In this document: positions 29,932 to 41,326 of the stretch, piece by piece
Layout: each line of letters begins with the position of its first letter
How positions within the stretch are numbered: position 1 is the first letter of the stretch
Virus record (IMG/VR): IMGVR_UViG_3300033149_002633
Coordinates: 15,255-79,254 of that record
DNA length: 64,000 nt
Strand: one strand, 5' to 3'
DNA from: a virus
Position numbers and translations under genes: made by a program
Notes under the pieces: generated by a model
Told to the model about the DNA's origin: nothing
The model's input: the letters and a program-made list of their open reading frames with translations, nothing else
Database searches by the model: none

Positions 29932-31047
29932 TTATATATTTCTTTTGCGTTTTCTTAGGGTTATAGACAATATTCCTATTCCAATCAATCCAAAAGTTAA
30001 TGAGACTGGTGTTTCTTTCGTTTCAAATTCGTAAGTAGAATTTTGTATATCAAAGTCTATTAATTTCATTATCAGTTTTGGTAGTTTATATGTAGTAGAT
30101 AATTTCACATCATTAAATGATGGAGTAGATAATGTTTTTTCTATCGATAATGGTAATCCTATCTCATAAGTATATGTCCATATTTCCTTAAATGATATAA
30201 AATCTATTGGTAAATATCCTACGCTCCAATATTCTATTGGTACTCCGTAATCACCTTCACTAAAACTACCAAAAGTTATTTCTTCTATATACATATCAGT
30301 AGTTGTTATTGTTATATTTCTGCACCTAACATCATTTAGTATAAATTCATTACTTGCTTCGTACCTTTCTTCAATAGATAATTTAAATGTAATAACCTTC
30401 ATACTTCCATCATTTATTATCCCATTATCAATGTAATAATCATCATAAGGATTTAGTACAAATGTCCTTTTGTTTGTCTGTACTGTTCCAGTAGCTATTG
30501 TTTCAACAATTGAAGGATTACTACATTCTTCTATTACATTTACATTGGTCAATGAAATTATAGTATCATTAATTCTGTTTCCATTATAAATTATATCAAT
30601 AAATGATATGTTCAACGAAAAGTTAGTCATTCTTTTATATAATATGTTTCCTCGTGATGATTTGTAAATTTGGTCATCTATTGGATTGTAGAAATTTATT
30701 TTCATTTGTAATGTAGCATCTTTTCCACTTTGTTCTTTCATGTCTATTATTTTACTATTAAATTCATATACCTTGTACTCATCTATTGTTTTATTGGATT
30801 CTATTTTATTTACCTTCATTTCTTCGTCTTCATTGTCTAATGCTGGTAAGTAATCAATATCTGTTACATTAAAGACAACTATTTCATTACTTTCAGTAGC
30901 CTTGTAATTACTGTTAGTATTATATTGTATATTATATAGCCAATTATCTCCTTTTGATATTTCTATTAGCGGTTCAGCATTACTATTTATTCCAAGTAAT
31001 GGTAATACAATCATTAAAATTATAATTATTGACTTCTTCTTGTTCAT
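29932..31047 (-). CDS. secreted, C-terminally anchored cell-surface protein (moron-like insertion)
   Basis: Signal peptide MNKKKSIIIILMIVLPLLG; C-terminal ETPVSLTFGLIGIGILSITLRKRKR; own promoter (GAAAAGGTTTATAA) at ~31078-31091. Confidence 0.75.
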   Translation of the reverse strand: MNKKKSIIIILMIVLPLLGINSNAEPLIEISKGDNWLYNIQYNTNSNYKATESNEIVVFNVTDIDYLPALDNEDEEMKVNKIESNKTIDEYKVYEFNSKIIDMKEQSGKDATLQMKINFYNPIDDQIYKSSRGNILYKRMTNFSLNISFIDIIYNGNRINDTIISLTNVNVIEECSNPSIVETIATGTVQTNKRTFVLNPYDDYYIDNGIINDGSMKVITFKLSIEERYEASNEFILNDVRCRNITITTTDMYIEEITFGSFSEGDYGVPIEYWSVGYLPIDFISFKEIWTYTYEIGLPLSIEKTLSTPSFNDVKLSTTYKLPKLIMKLIDFDIQNSTYEFETKETPVSLTFGLIGIGILSITLRKRKRNI

Positions 31048-31096
31048 TTTTATCAGTCTAATTATTATTTATGAAACTTATAAACCTTTTCATAAT

Positions 31097-31756
31097 CTAT
31101 GCATAATAACACTGTAATAACGGAGGACTATATTCTAAGTATCCAGCAGTAGCAACTATTGATACTATCTTTATTGTAACCATATGATATATGGAAACAT
31201 CAATAGCAGTAAATGTTTCTGTTTTTAAACCAATAGTATTGTATTCAGCACTTGTATATATCAATGGAATTCCAGTATCTGTCATACCATAAATATAAAC
31301 TCTACAATAATTTGAAGTATCAGCATCAGAAACTGACAATTTTAATCCACTTATGTATAATTTAAGAGCACCTTTTGCAGTAGGTAAAGGTAAAACCCAA
31401 TAAGTCGAATAATCTGTTCCCCCTTCATTACCTACACGACCATTCGTAGCTTTGAAATATAAAGCTCCAGTACTTTCCATATAATATGGACAAGGTACCC
31501 AAGCTGCGTTAGCTGACCCAAACATGACAAAATCAGAAAGTTTCTTAGTTGAACCTCCATTATAAAACTCAAAATCATTATTAGCAGTAACAGTTTTATT
31601 AAAATAAAACTTAGGTATATCAGTATTAGTATTAAAATGACACCAATTAGCATTTTGTGGTCCTATATCTACATAACCATTAGTTGTTTTTACTCTGGTT
31701 ACACCAGTAGTTTGTATCCTTAAATAACCACTTGAACCACTATGAATTAAGAACAA
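31097..31756 (-). CDS. tail-fibre distal/receptor-binding domain, probably the frameshifted 3' part of 31747..35412
   Basis: Has only a TTG start, and its frame is open upstream to ~31804; GYVDIGPQNANWCHFNT echoes IRIGAGNTTYAHLTT in the upstream fibre. Confidence 0.65.
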   Translation of the reverse strand: MFLIHSGSSGYLRIQTTGVTRVKTTNGYVDIGPQNANWCHFNTNTDIPKFYFNKTVTANNDFEFYNGGSTKKLSDFVMFGSANAAWVPCPYYMESTGALYFKATNGRVGNEGGTDYSTYWVLPLPTAKGALKLYISGLKLSVSDADTSNYCRVYIYGMTDTGIPLIYTSAEYNTIGLKTETFTAIDVSIYHMVTIKIVSIVATAGYLEYSPPLLQCYYA

Positions 31757-34700
31757 TGCACCACTATTATCATCACTTTTAGTACTAATATTCCAATAAC
31801 CAACTCATCTCTATAAATATTTACTTTATCATTTGAAGCTCTTAAAATAACATCTTCTCCACTTGCACCAGCAGTACCATCATTAGCTCTTAACTCTACA
31901 TAACCATTAGCAGTACGGTTACATAAAGCAACTACTTTGTTAGTAGAATCAAAGAATAAACCATATCTTGTATCAGTATCTCCAGTCGGTTTATAGGTTA
32001 TACCATATTGAGCACTTTCCATAAAAAAGTCTATACCCGTTTTATCAATATCTATTAATTTTGTATTATCACTATCCCCGTCATATAAAGTTAAATAATG
32101 ACGACTATTTTTAGCAGATATCTCTAAAGCTTTTTTAATATACGATGTACCATAATTTTCTAAATAAACTTCTAATCCAAACCCGTTGCCTCCATCTTCT
32201 GCATCTTGAGCTCGTGTTCTTAACCAAGACAAAACGGTATAATTAGTTGAATTATACCAAGCATTTCCTTTCAAAGTTAATCTTGGACTATATGCATCAG
32301 CATCAGTAGTTGTATTTACAAGAACGAAACCATCTGTAGCAATAGTTTTTTTAATAACTATTGCATCAGATTCTTCCATCATTATACTATCAGTTAAAAC
32401 ACCAGTACTTTCCCATTTAGGGATATAACCAGTGGTTACATTAGTACCTTGTGAAATATCTCCAGTTCCAGCATCTCCATTTATCCAATTTCCAGTTCCA
32501 CTATCATATACAAGCACTTGACCATCAGAAAGGGATGATATATTTACATCACTTAAATCGTCTAAAGCGTGGGTATGACTTATAGAAGCATATTTAGAAC
32601 TTAAAGAAGCTCCTCCTTCATAGATAGTTCCAGAAACTGATAAATCTTCGATTATATCAACACTATTATCAAATAAAGCATCTCCACCTACTTCTAATCC
32701 ATAACCAGTAGATACACTAGTACTACCTCGATTTATACTTGTTATTCCAGTTAGCCATTGTCTATCATCATAAATATAAGCACCAACACTCCCATCATTT
32801 CCTTTTATCATTAAACCATCAGTCAATGGAGCAATGATTCCACCATTAGTTGGAGGAGAGCCTATTGTTATAGTATTAGTATTAATAATATCATTAGAAT
32901 AAATTGTAGCCCATCTTTTATTACTTGAACCTAAACCAGCTATATTATCAGAATATGGTGTTATATTTCCATTTACTGCTACATTATTTCCAAACCAAAA
33001 ACCACTATTTGCATCTGTTGTTAAATGAGCATATGTTGTATTACCAGCTCCTATTCTAATAGTTTTACCAGATGTAGCATTATAAATACCTAAAGAAGCT
33101 CCATAACCACTATCATCTGGTTGTAAAGTAATATCTAATGCGTCACTTAATAATATACTTTTACTAATTAATTTATTCCATCTGTTTGATGTTGTTCCTA
33201 AATCAGCTCCTCCATCAGTATAAGGTCTAAATAATTTATTAACATACATAGCATAGGGAGTTATAACTAAAAAATTATCCCATGAAAAAGTATTACCAGC
33301 TGTTCCACTTACTGCTACTTTTAAGTAAATTTCTCCATTACAACCTTCAAAATTTTGCTCGATAGCAGTTGCACCATTATTAGTTGTCTCATAAATATAA
33401 CCACTGTTATAATAACAACCTCCTCTAAAATTCCAATTTCCACCCCCATCATTACAAGTAATCTTTTTTATTCCCTTACCAGAATCTCCAGTATTATCCA
33501 TAGAAAGATAGGCAGAACCATGTGTTAGTTTCAAATGTTGTGCAGAAATAGTTAATGTGTTAGAAAAGTTCCAACTACCACTTATTGTTTCATCTTGACC
33601 TAAATGAGCGTATTGTGGGTGGTCATCATCATTCAAACCTAATAAATTACCATGGTCAATAGAAGATTCAGTAAAGTGAATGCTACTGTCAGATATATGA
33701 TTGTCTATATCTGTATGAGAATTAACTCCTATATTTTTTAAATCATTATGGTCTATACCAACAGTTGAGCCACTGAAAGATACTGAACCACTAAAAACTG
33801 TTGAACCACTAAATGTCCAATCTCCAGTAATAGTTTCATTCTCACTTAAAGCTGCAAAATAACTACTATCATATCCGTCTAAAGTATCGGCGTTTAATCC
33901 TACCTCATCTACTGCAATAGTTAAAGTGTTAGCTACATCATCATAAGTTAATGAGATGTTACTACCAGCTACTAACAGATTACTTACTCTATCATCAACC
34001 CGTTCATCAGTATAATATAGATTTGTTGTTCCTTCTACTATATTGTCTGTTGTCTTTCCAGAGAGCCATGTATCAGCTCTTCCGTCAGTATGGTATTGGG
34101 GATGGTCGTCATCTGTTAAACCAGCTAAATCTCCATGGTCAATTATGTTAGGCTTAGTATATTCTATTGAGAATGTTGTTCTAACGTCTATCCATGCATC
34201 GCTTGGGAAAGGAGGAAGTTCAGTATCTCCTTCTTGTGTTATAAGAGCTATTGATTTAGGTAAAATACTTAATCCATCTGGTATATTAGGTAAAGCACCA
34301 TTTACAGCATCAGCAAAGTTGTTGAAATATTCTTGTGGATAAATCCAATGAATTTCAGTTGGAGAAACAATAAACAAGCTTTTAACATATTTATTAACTG
34401 GTAAAGCAGCTAAACCAGTTCCAGTATCATAATTAACAGTGTCTATTGTAGAACTTGTATCAGAAACCCAGTTACCAGAAGCGTCATGATACCATCTTCT
34501 TATCAGTGTTACTGTACTATCTATTGATGGTACAGTAACTTTAACATTCATATTTTCATAATATTCTCCACCATCTGTTTTAACTGCTAAAGCTGTAACA
34601 CCTTGTGGCTCTACTATTAAACCTTTCTTAACAAATTCTGGGAATAAATCTTTAAGAGCTTTAAACCCATCATTAAACGCAAATGATACACTATTCTCTT

Positions 34701-35412
34701 GATGTATCCTATAAATACTACCATTGACACATGATACTCTACCAAGTAGAATATGGTTAAAATTAGGAAAAGTAGTAGATACTTGAACACCTAATCCTTC
34801 ATTGGCATAATCTATATACAGATAATTTACTGCATTATCTGTTAGAGTTGCTGAACCACTTTCAAAGCTTTTTACATCATTACTATATATGTTGTTATAA
34901 TGACCTTCAGTCCATGATATAGTCAATCCTCCAAGCGAACTTAATTCTCCTCCTTGAAGGAGCCAATTAGGTGTAACATGTTCAAACATGTCATGGACTG
35001 TATGAACTGTTGAACCATCACTATCATAATGATGTGCTATTAATTTTGCACCAAATCCATCTCCAATAGAATATAAATCAGCTCTTAAAGTAGCATCCGA
35101 AGAACCAGAACCCCATTCCTCAAAAGGTCTAGCTACACCACTAACTATAGCATAAACATTATTTTCATTAGCAAAAATACCGAATTTTGTTCCAGTTAAA
35201 ATAGTATCCTTAACATTTCCTAAAGTTCCAGAACCAAATCCAATGACTACTTTGTTAGCATCGAATTCTATAAAACCACTACTACTATCCCATGTTTTTC
35301 CACTTAATACTCCAGATGAAGTAAGCTCGTAACCATCTATATCTATAAATAAAGCTGAATAAGCTTCATTTGCTCCACTTGTAATATAGTCTGATGATAT
35401 ATAAAATGTCAT
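31747..35412 (-). CDS. long tail fibre protein
   Basis: Repeated DHGxLxGLxDDDHPQY, LGxxxxRW repeats, LDDLSDV; Ser/Gly/Thr-rich. Confidence 0.85.
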   Translation of the reverse strand: MTFYISSDYITSGANEAYSALFIDIDGYELTSSGVLSGKTWDSSSGFIEFDANKVVIGFGSGTLGNVKDTILTGTKFGIFANENNVYAIVSGVARPFEEWGSGSSDATLRADLYSIGDGFGAKLIAHHYDSDGSTVHTVHDMFEHVTPNWLLQGGELSSLGGLTISWTEGHYNNIYSNDVKSFESGSATLTDNAVNYLYIDYANEGLGVQVSTTFPNFNHILLGRVSCVNGSIYRIHQENSVSFAFNDGFKALKDLFPEFVKKGLIVEPQGVTALAVKTDGGEYYENMNVKVTVPSIDSTVTLIRRWYHDASGNWVSDTSSTIDTVNYDTGTGLAALPVNKYVKSLFIVSPTEIHWIYPQEYFNNFADAVNGALPNIPDGLSILPKSIALITQEGDTELPPFPSDAWIDVRTTFSIEYTKPNIIDHGDLAGLTDDDHPQYHTDGRADTWLSGKTTDNIVEGTTNLYYTDERVDDRVSNLLVAGSNISLTYDDVANTLTIAVDEVGLNADTLDGYDSSYFAALSENETITGDWTFSGSTVFSGSVSFSGSTVGIDHNDLKNIGVNSHTDIDNHISDSSIHFTESSIDHGNLLGLNDDDHPQYAHLGQDETISGSWNFSNTLTISAQHLKLTHGSAYLSMDNTGDSGKGIKKITCNDGGGNWNFRGGCYYNSGYIYETTNNGATAIEQNFEGCNGEIYLKVAVSGTAGNTFSWDNFLVITPYAMYVNKLFRPYTDGGADLGTTSNRWNKLISKSILLSDALDITLQPDDSGYGASLGIYNATSGKTIRIGAGNTTYAHLTTDANSGFWFGNNVAVNGNITPYSDNIAGLGSSNKRWATIYSNDIINTNTITIGSPPTNGGIIAPLTDGLMIKGNDGSVGAYIYDDRQWLTGITSINRGSTSVSTGYGLEVGGDALFDNSVDIIEDLSVSGTIYEGGASLSSKYASISHTHALDDLSDVNISSLSDGQVLVYDSGTGNWINGDAGTGDISQGTNVTTGYIPKWESTGVLTDSIMMEESDAIVIKKTIATDGFVLVNTTTDADAYSPRLTLKGNAWYNSTNYTVLSWLRTRAQDAEDGGNGFGLEVYLENYGTSYIKKALEISAKNSRHYLTLYDGDSDNTKLIDIDKTGIDFFMESAQYGITYKPTGDTDTRYGLFFDSTNKVVALCNRTANGYVELRANDGTAGASGEDVILRASNDKVNIYRDELVIGILVLKVMIIVVHCS

Positions 35413-36284
35413 GCTGGTTCAACCTTCTCCTTTCTATTCGGACTATTTAATGTTCCATTACTTATATTTATTTGTCCATTTTGGTGTTGTATAGAAGTAA
35501 ATGTTAAAGTTGATGGTGTTGAAACTGGGATAGGAGAACCTATTGGTGACATAGTTATTTGTCCAGCAGTAATAGTCATTACACCATTTGTTATTTGATA
35601 AGTTCCTCCATTAATATCTACCGTATCTCCATCAGCAGCTACACTTTTTCCATTCTCACTATCAGTATTAAAGTAAATACCATTATTAGTATCAAAATAG
35701 ACTTCATTATTAATATTAAAACGAATATCCTTACTTGTTTCTATTATTACAGACCCATTTGCCATAGTAATAGATACCATATCTTCTCCATCTTTTCTTA
35801 TAACTATTACCCCTTCATCTGGTAAGCTTGGTATCTCTGTAGCGTCTCTTTGGTCGAATTCATCATCAATATACTGTTTATTTGTTTGTAAAGTCCAATC
35901 TTTATATTCTTCTCCACTAACAATACTTATCCTATCCCCAGATATAGTAACATTACCAGTAGTACTTCCACTGGTAGGAGACTCTGGTCTAGCTCCTAAA
36001 TGTATCATAGCACCTTCTGGATTTACAGCTAGAAATTCTCCATCTAAAGGGTCTATAGAATTAGGTATTGAACCAATAATATAACTTAATGTATCACTAA
36101 TAGCTATTATTACCCTATCATTAACTCTATAGCTAGGAACAAGACCAGTTCCATAATCTTTACTTGTCATATAAGACAATGGAGTACAAATATATTTATC
36201 ATTCTCTTCTCCAACGAAGCCTAAATCAACTTCATATAAATTCCTACCAACAATTTTAGTGATAACTCCCATTTCTGTCCTCAT
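35409..36284 (-). CDS. baseplate central spike (gpV/gp5-like)
   Basis: N-terminal OB-fold pattern (PSYRVNDRVIIA..YIIGSI) followed by beta repeats. Confidence 0.7.
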   Translation of the reverse strand: MRTEMGVITKIVGRNLYEVDLGFVGEENDKYICTPLSYMTSKDYGTGLVPSYRVNDRVIIAISDTLSYIIGSIPNSIDPLDGEFLAVNPEGAMIHLGARPESPTSGSTTGNVTISGDRISIVSGEEYKDWTLQTNKQYIDDEFDQRDATEIPSLPDEGVIVIRKDGEDMVSITMANGSVIIETSKDIRFNINNEVYFDTNNGIYFNTDSENGKSVAADGDTVDINGGTYQITNGVMTITAGQITMSPIGSPIPVSTPSTLTFTSIQHQNGQINISNGTLNSPNRKEKVEPA

Positions 36285-39200
36285 TATCCTAATAACCTCC
36301 TTGTAGAGATAGAAGCATGTTCCGATAAACCAGCACGTTGTAAGAAAGTAGATAATTCTCTTGTAACAACATTATCTTCATCAAAAGGTATATTACTGAG
36401 TAAAGGATTATCTGTAATATAAATTTTTGACATGAAACCACTTGTTATACCAAAATTACCAGCATAAATGATATGTCTATAAACGAACCAACGAGGTATA
36501 TCTTCCTTTGGTATCTTAAGACTTTTTAAATCTGATATATTTATTCCATCTTCAAAGAATATTTTTCCTTCCCCATTCTCTATAAAATCTCTATTAACTT
36601 TTATTACTCCTCCAGAAATCCAATCAGCTAATCTTCCTTTACTTGTAATGGTATTACCTATTAATTGTGAGATTTTAGTCTTGTACTCTATTCCACCATC
36701 TGGTCTGGCATATCTAAGCTTTCTGCTCAAATGTTCTATTGCTCTACCTCTGCTTTCTTCAAATAATATTATTTCATCTCCTACTTGTATATCAATTGCA
36801 GAAGGCATATAAATAGAACCATTTCTTCCTTCCATTGCAATAAGGTCATTAATCATTATACCTATTGTCTCTATACCTAACCTTATTATATCTAATACTA
36901 TCTGAATAGCATTTCGTTTAAGCACTGCAATACTGTTTATAAAACTACCTCTCTTTAAATCGTCTCCATATTTAGTAATGATTTGAGTATATTTATTTTT
37001 ATCTTCTTCTAATATTCTTGTTATTCTTGCATTTCTTTCTTCTATAGATACTGATAATGCTGTAATGGGATTTGTTTTTTTCGTAGCTTCTAAAAACAAT
37101 CTAAAAATTTTCTTTCTGTGTGACAAAGAATTTCTTAGTGCATCTTCTCTAAAAGGATTGATGAACATGAAATAGTCTCTTGTAATTCCTCTTTCCTCGT
37201 AAAATTTAGCAGATGTAAGCTCAAAAAAGTTTTTACATATATTATCTAAACAATCAAAAAAGCTTTTTGCATATATTGAAAAATCATGTAAAGTCATAGG
37301 TATAGTAGGTATAGTAAATCTAATTGGTGAATTTGGTAATTTAAAAGATATCCAATTATCCTTATCATTGTTATTCCAACATATATGAAAACCCTCATTA
37401 AAGTTAAATAGAATTTGAATATCTTTAAACGAACCACCAGCTTCTCTAACCTTATATTTTAATTGTTCAAACATATTTACTTTGCCACTATCTTCTTCCT
37501 CTTTAGTGGTTATATTAGTAATTGCATTGTATAAATCATTTACTTGTAATTTTAAGTTCTCTACCTCATTTGAATATATAATATTCCCATTTTTGTAAGT
37601 AATCAAGTCTTTCTTTGAGCTAATACTGGTTACTTTTCCTCTTAATTGACCATCAGAATGATGAGCTCTAACAGAAGGGTTTTTTAGAATACATGAAACA
37701 TTTAAAGGATTAATATAATCATCATATAATTCACATGAACTTACATTTCCTCTTCTATTTATTTCATAAATATCTAATTCTGCTATCTCATCAAGATAAA
37801 TTTCATGGGTATATCCAGAATTCTTTATTTTTCCAGAGTACCAATCTTTTCCAGAATATGTAAATAATAAAGTTAAGACTATACCTTTATCTTTTATAAA
37901 CACATTAGAACTTACCCAAACATTTTTCCTAATATTCCCCATAACTTTCTGAGTATTATTAAATAATCTACTTATCCATGAAATTATGAAATCTATTAAA
38001 GATGGAGTATTCCTACTTGCAAATAAACGAGGTTGAGTAAATAAGTCAATAGCATCTGGATTAAACCTTTCGCTTGTAAAAGATGTGAATTTACTAATAG
38101 GTTGAGTAAGAGCTTCAGCTAAAGCATAATTAGAAGGATAATCATCTTGATTTAAATCTAATTGTATTTGTAATGAACCGTTATTATCATCTGATGCTGG
38201 AATTTTCTTAAACTTAATTCTGGATTTTGAAATACTTACACTATCAATATATTTTCTTATGTTATAATCAAAAGATATTAATAGATAATTATATGGTCTC
38301 CCATAATCTTTTTCTATATTTATACTATTCTCATAGACTGTTTGTGATAATACTCTAAAGAAATCTTCTGGAATAACAAAATAATTATTAGTCTCTTCTT
38401 CAATAGCCAGTCCTAAATCTATACATTTATAGAATGCTTTTTTACATGTTTCCCAGAAGAAATTCTTGTTATATTCATTTACATCATATTTAGTCCCTTC
38501 TTCATCGTCTTCAAACCCATAATCAATCTTTAAATGTTGAAACATTCTAGCTGGGTCCATCCCACTCATTCTTAGTTGTGCTGTCCTAGCTAAATGATAG
38601 TTTTTAACAGTTATAAAACCAGCAAAATGAGGTACTTCTTTATAATTAGGATTAATAACTCTATCTCTTATATAATATTTACCAGCAAAACATAATTCAT
38701 CAATTAAATTACCATATTTTAAGAGATTTGACCCAACAGATACTTTTATTTTATCATCATAATAATCAACCATATCAACTTGAAACCTTTTTTGACTATA
38801 AAATTTTGCTAAATTAAATAATGGAATAGGAACTGAAGTAGGTGCAATAGCTTGTGATGTTAAAGATTTAGGAATTTTAACTACCCAAAGATACATAATA
38901 TCATTTGTCTTAATAAGACGATATAACAATCTTTGGTAATCTGAAAAGCTTATTTCTATTTTTGTTCCAAATCGTGATGATTTATCGATTTGAAGACCAA
39001 GTAAAGTATTATCAGAACCATATCCACTGGAACCTAAAACAAAGTTACCTACAGTCTTAGTTAATTTTCCAACTTTCTTTAAAGTTGTTCCTATATTACT
39101 CTTTATCGTACCCATTAGGTTCATATCTTCTAAAGCTTTCTGTTCTGATTTACTTAAAACACTATAATCTATTTCATATTTATAATAAGGTTTAATATCT

Positions 39201-39313
39201 ATAAACTTCTTATACCTCCCCTCATGATATCGCCATATTTCACATGCTACAGCTACTATTTCATCATCTGTTGAAAATACAATATCTTTATAGAGACTTA
39301 AATCTTTACTCAT
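36284..39313 (-). CDS. putative baseplate hub protein
   Basis: Position before the spike; FAGFIT..LRMSGMD and IDIQVGDEI patterns. Confidence 0.55.
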   Translation of the reverse strand: MSKDLSLYKDIVFSTDDEIVAVACEIWRYHEGRYKKFIDIKPYYKYEIDYSVLSKSEQKALEDMNLMGTIKSNIGTTLKKVGKLTKTVGNFVLGSSGYGSDNTLLGLQIDKSSRFGTKIEISFSDYQRLLYRLIKTNDIMYLWVVKIPKSLTSQAIAPTSVPIPLFNLAKFYSQKRFQVDMVDYYDDKIKVSVGSNLLKYGNLIDELCFAGKYYIRDRVINPNYKEVPHFAGFITVKNYHLARTAQLRMSGMDPARMFQHLKIDYGFEDDEEGTKYDVNEYNKNFFWETCKKAFYKCIDLGLAIEEETNNYFVIPEDFFRVLSQTVYENSINIEKDYGRPYNYLLISFDYNIRKYIDSVSISKSRIKFKKIPASDDNNGSLQIQLDLNQDDYPSNYALAEALTQPISKFTSFTSERFNPDAIDLFTQPRLFASRNTPSLIDFIISWISRLFNNTQKVMGNIRKNVWVSSNVFIKDKGIVLTLLFTYSGKDWYSGKIKNSGYTHEIYLDEIAELDIYEINRRGNVSSCELYDDYINPLNVSCILKNPSVRAHHSDGQLRGKVTSISSKKDLITYKNGNIIYSNEVENLKLQVNDLYNAITNITTKEEEDSGKVNMFEQLKYKVREAGGSFKDIQILFNFNEGFHICWNNNDKDNWISFKLPNSPIRFTIPTIPMTLHDFSIYAKSFFDCLDNICKNFFELTSAKFYEERGITRDYFMFINPFREDALRNSLSHRKKIFRLFLEATKKTNPITALSVSIEERNARITRILEEDKNKYTQIITKYGDDLKRGSFINSIAVLKRNAIQIVLDIIRLGIETIGIMINDLIAMEGRNGSIYMPSAIDIQVGDEIILFEESRGRAIEHLSRKLRYARPDGGIEYKTKISQLIGNTITSKGRLADWISGGVIKVNRDFIENGEGKIFFEDGINISDLKSLKIPKEDIPRWFVYRHIIYAGNFGITSGFMSKIYITDNPLLSNIPFDEDNVVTRELSTFLQRAGLSEHASISTRRLLG

Positions 39314-39322
39314 ATAATCACC

Positions 39323-39859
39323 TTACCAAAGACCAACCTTTACTGGGAACTTAACCATTATTGGCAATCTTCTAATCTCATACAAATCTATAATATATGA
39401 TACTCTCATCCTTTTATCTCCATGTAATTCCCATTCCATTCTATCTATAGTAACAAATGATATGTCATAATCGGCTCTCATAAGAATAGGTAAATCATAA
39501 GTATAAAGATATTCCATGATGTATTTAACAGTCCGAGGGTCAAATAATGAATCAGCTTTTAGGTTACCTAATCCCTTAAAATATTTATTCCACTTCCTAA
39601 AATAATTTTCGAAGTTTAAATCTCCCTTAATTTTGAAATGTGTAGATTTAGTTCCAAACTTCTGTCTGATAGAACCTATCCTACCAATTGGATTTACCTC
39701 ATTTACTCTTTTCTCATATATTCCACTCCAAAACTGTGCTTGTGGGTCAATTATGAAATATGGAGGTGCCCATAAAATCACTCTTCTTGTATTCTTAGTA
39801 GGGAATATTTCCCTATTCATACCTATGAAATCTTTCCTTATTGTACTTTCTGATGACAT
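39323..39859 (-). CDS. tail tube initiator-like protein
   Basis: Position after the tape measure; beta-rich, ending YIIDLYE. Confidence 0.5.
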   Translation of the reverse strand: MSSESTIRKDFIGMNREIFPTKNTRRVILWAPPYFIIDPQAQFWSGIYEKRVNEVNPIGRIGSIRQKFGTKSTHFKIKGDLNFENYFRKWNKYFKGLGNLKADSLFDPRTVKYIMEYLYTYDLPILMRADYDISFVTIDRMEWELHGDKRMRVSYIIDLYEIRRLPIMVKFPVKVGLW

Positions 39860-41326
39860 TTAACTACCTCCTACTGGAAGCCTTAATGATTTTAAGATAT
39901 CCAATATTCTCTCAACAACTTCTGGGTTTGACACTCTACTTAACTCTCCAATCAATTTCTCTGTTAATATTGCTTGGTTTTTCTGGAACTCTTGAATTGA
40001 TGTAAGATTAGACATAATTTCAATTTTCTCTTCTTCTGTAAATCCCCAATTTGTTTGTGTTAATCTCTCTATAAGTCTATCAAACTTTTCTCTTTCTTCC
40101 TTCGATAAAATAGACATAGCTCCACGATATAATTTTTCACTTTCTATTCCTTCTCTGGCAGAAATTGGAACATAACCAAGTTTAGCAACATGTTTTTCTC
40201 CAGCTTGAAGTACCATATAGCTTTTTTCTTCACCCCTCATCCATCTTATAGTTAGACTTTCCATAAACTTGTCAAATGCTCTTTTAAGTTCATCATCTTT
40301 AATTTGTCCTTTAACTACTTCTTCCAATTGATTTTTTATAGCAGATAAAACTATATTCTTAGCTTCAGATGATTCATAAATACCTTCTTGTCCTCCAACA
40401 AAAGATTCTGCTAAAAGAGCTAGGACTTTGTCACTATAATATTTAGAGAAGATTTCAGTAAATTGTCTAATAGCATCTTTACCTTTTACCCCTCTCATTT
40501 CTTCAGTCATACGCTCATATTCTCCTCGGGGTAATAATCCTAAATACTCGATTTTTTGTCCTTCATCTCTAATAAAACTTGATACTCGTTTAGTGAGTAT
40601 AGAAGCTAAAGAAAATAAAATATGGTCTGTATATATATCTAAAAATTTAATTCTACCTTTTCCTCCCATAGTAAATTCTTTTTGAGCATGTTTGAATATT
40701 TCTTCTATCAATTCATATACCATATTTTGTAACTTTGCTTCTCCTTTAGAAATAAATTTACTAAGAAATTCTTGGCTTAAGACTGATAACTCTAATTCTT
40801 TTCCTCTTTTCCTTGGACCAAATTCAGATAGAATGTTGGATAGTTTTCCAAAATGAGCTAATAAAATATCCATAGCCTTTTGAACTTTCTTGAATTCTGA
40901 AGTCTCTCCTTCTTCTATTGCTTTAATTAATCTAACTCTGGCAACTTCAATTATTTCATCTATCTTTTTTCTTCCTCCTTCTAACATTTCATCTAAAATT
41001 TCATCATCAAATTTCTCAAGGTTTTTCTCCACTTCTTCTATCTTAGAAAATATGGTTTGAATTCCAGCATGACCAGAAACTGGTTTAATATAAGGTAACA
41101 TACTCCTTATTAACATTTTAGTAGTTAAAATCATTCTTTTTATATCTTCAAAGTATCCTACTGTATCTTTTCCAGCCTTAACTTCTATAGGTTCTCCAGC
41201 AAAAGCCTCTTGAATAGCTTTTCTTATATCATCTCCTAATCTATCAAAATCTTTAAACATATCTTTTATTTGTTTAAGATTAGTTATCTCTGTTTCTGCT
41301 TTCAATTTTATAGTTATATCAGCCAT
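39860..41326 (-). CDS. putative tape measure protein (short)
   Basis: All-helical, N-terminal MADITIKLKAE, directly after the frameshifted tail chaperone. Confidence 0.6.
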   Translation of the reverse strand: MADITIKLKAETEITNLKQIKDMFKDFDRLGDDIRKAIQEAFAGEPIEVKAGKDTVGYFEDIKRMILTTKMLIRSMLPYIKPVSGHAGIQTIFSKIEEVEKNLEKFDDEILDEMLEGGRKKIDEIIEVARVRLIKAIEEGETSEFKKVQKAMDILLAHFGKLSNILSEFGPRKRGKELELSVLSQEFLSKFISKGEAKLQNMVYELIEEIFKHAQKEFTMGGKGRIKFLDIYTDHILFSLASILTKRVSSFIRDEGQKIEYLGLLPRGEYERMTEEMRGVKGKDAIRQFTEIFSKYYSDKVLALLAESFVGGQEGIYESSEAKNIVLSAIKNQLEEVVKGQIKDDELKRAFDKFMESLTIRWMRGEEKSYMVLQAGEKHVAKLGYVPISAREGIESEKLYRGAMSILSKEEREKFDRLIERLTQTNWGFTEEEKIEIMSNLTSIQEFQKNQAILTEKLIGELSRVSNPEVVERILDILKSLRLPVGGS

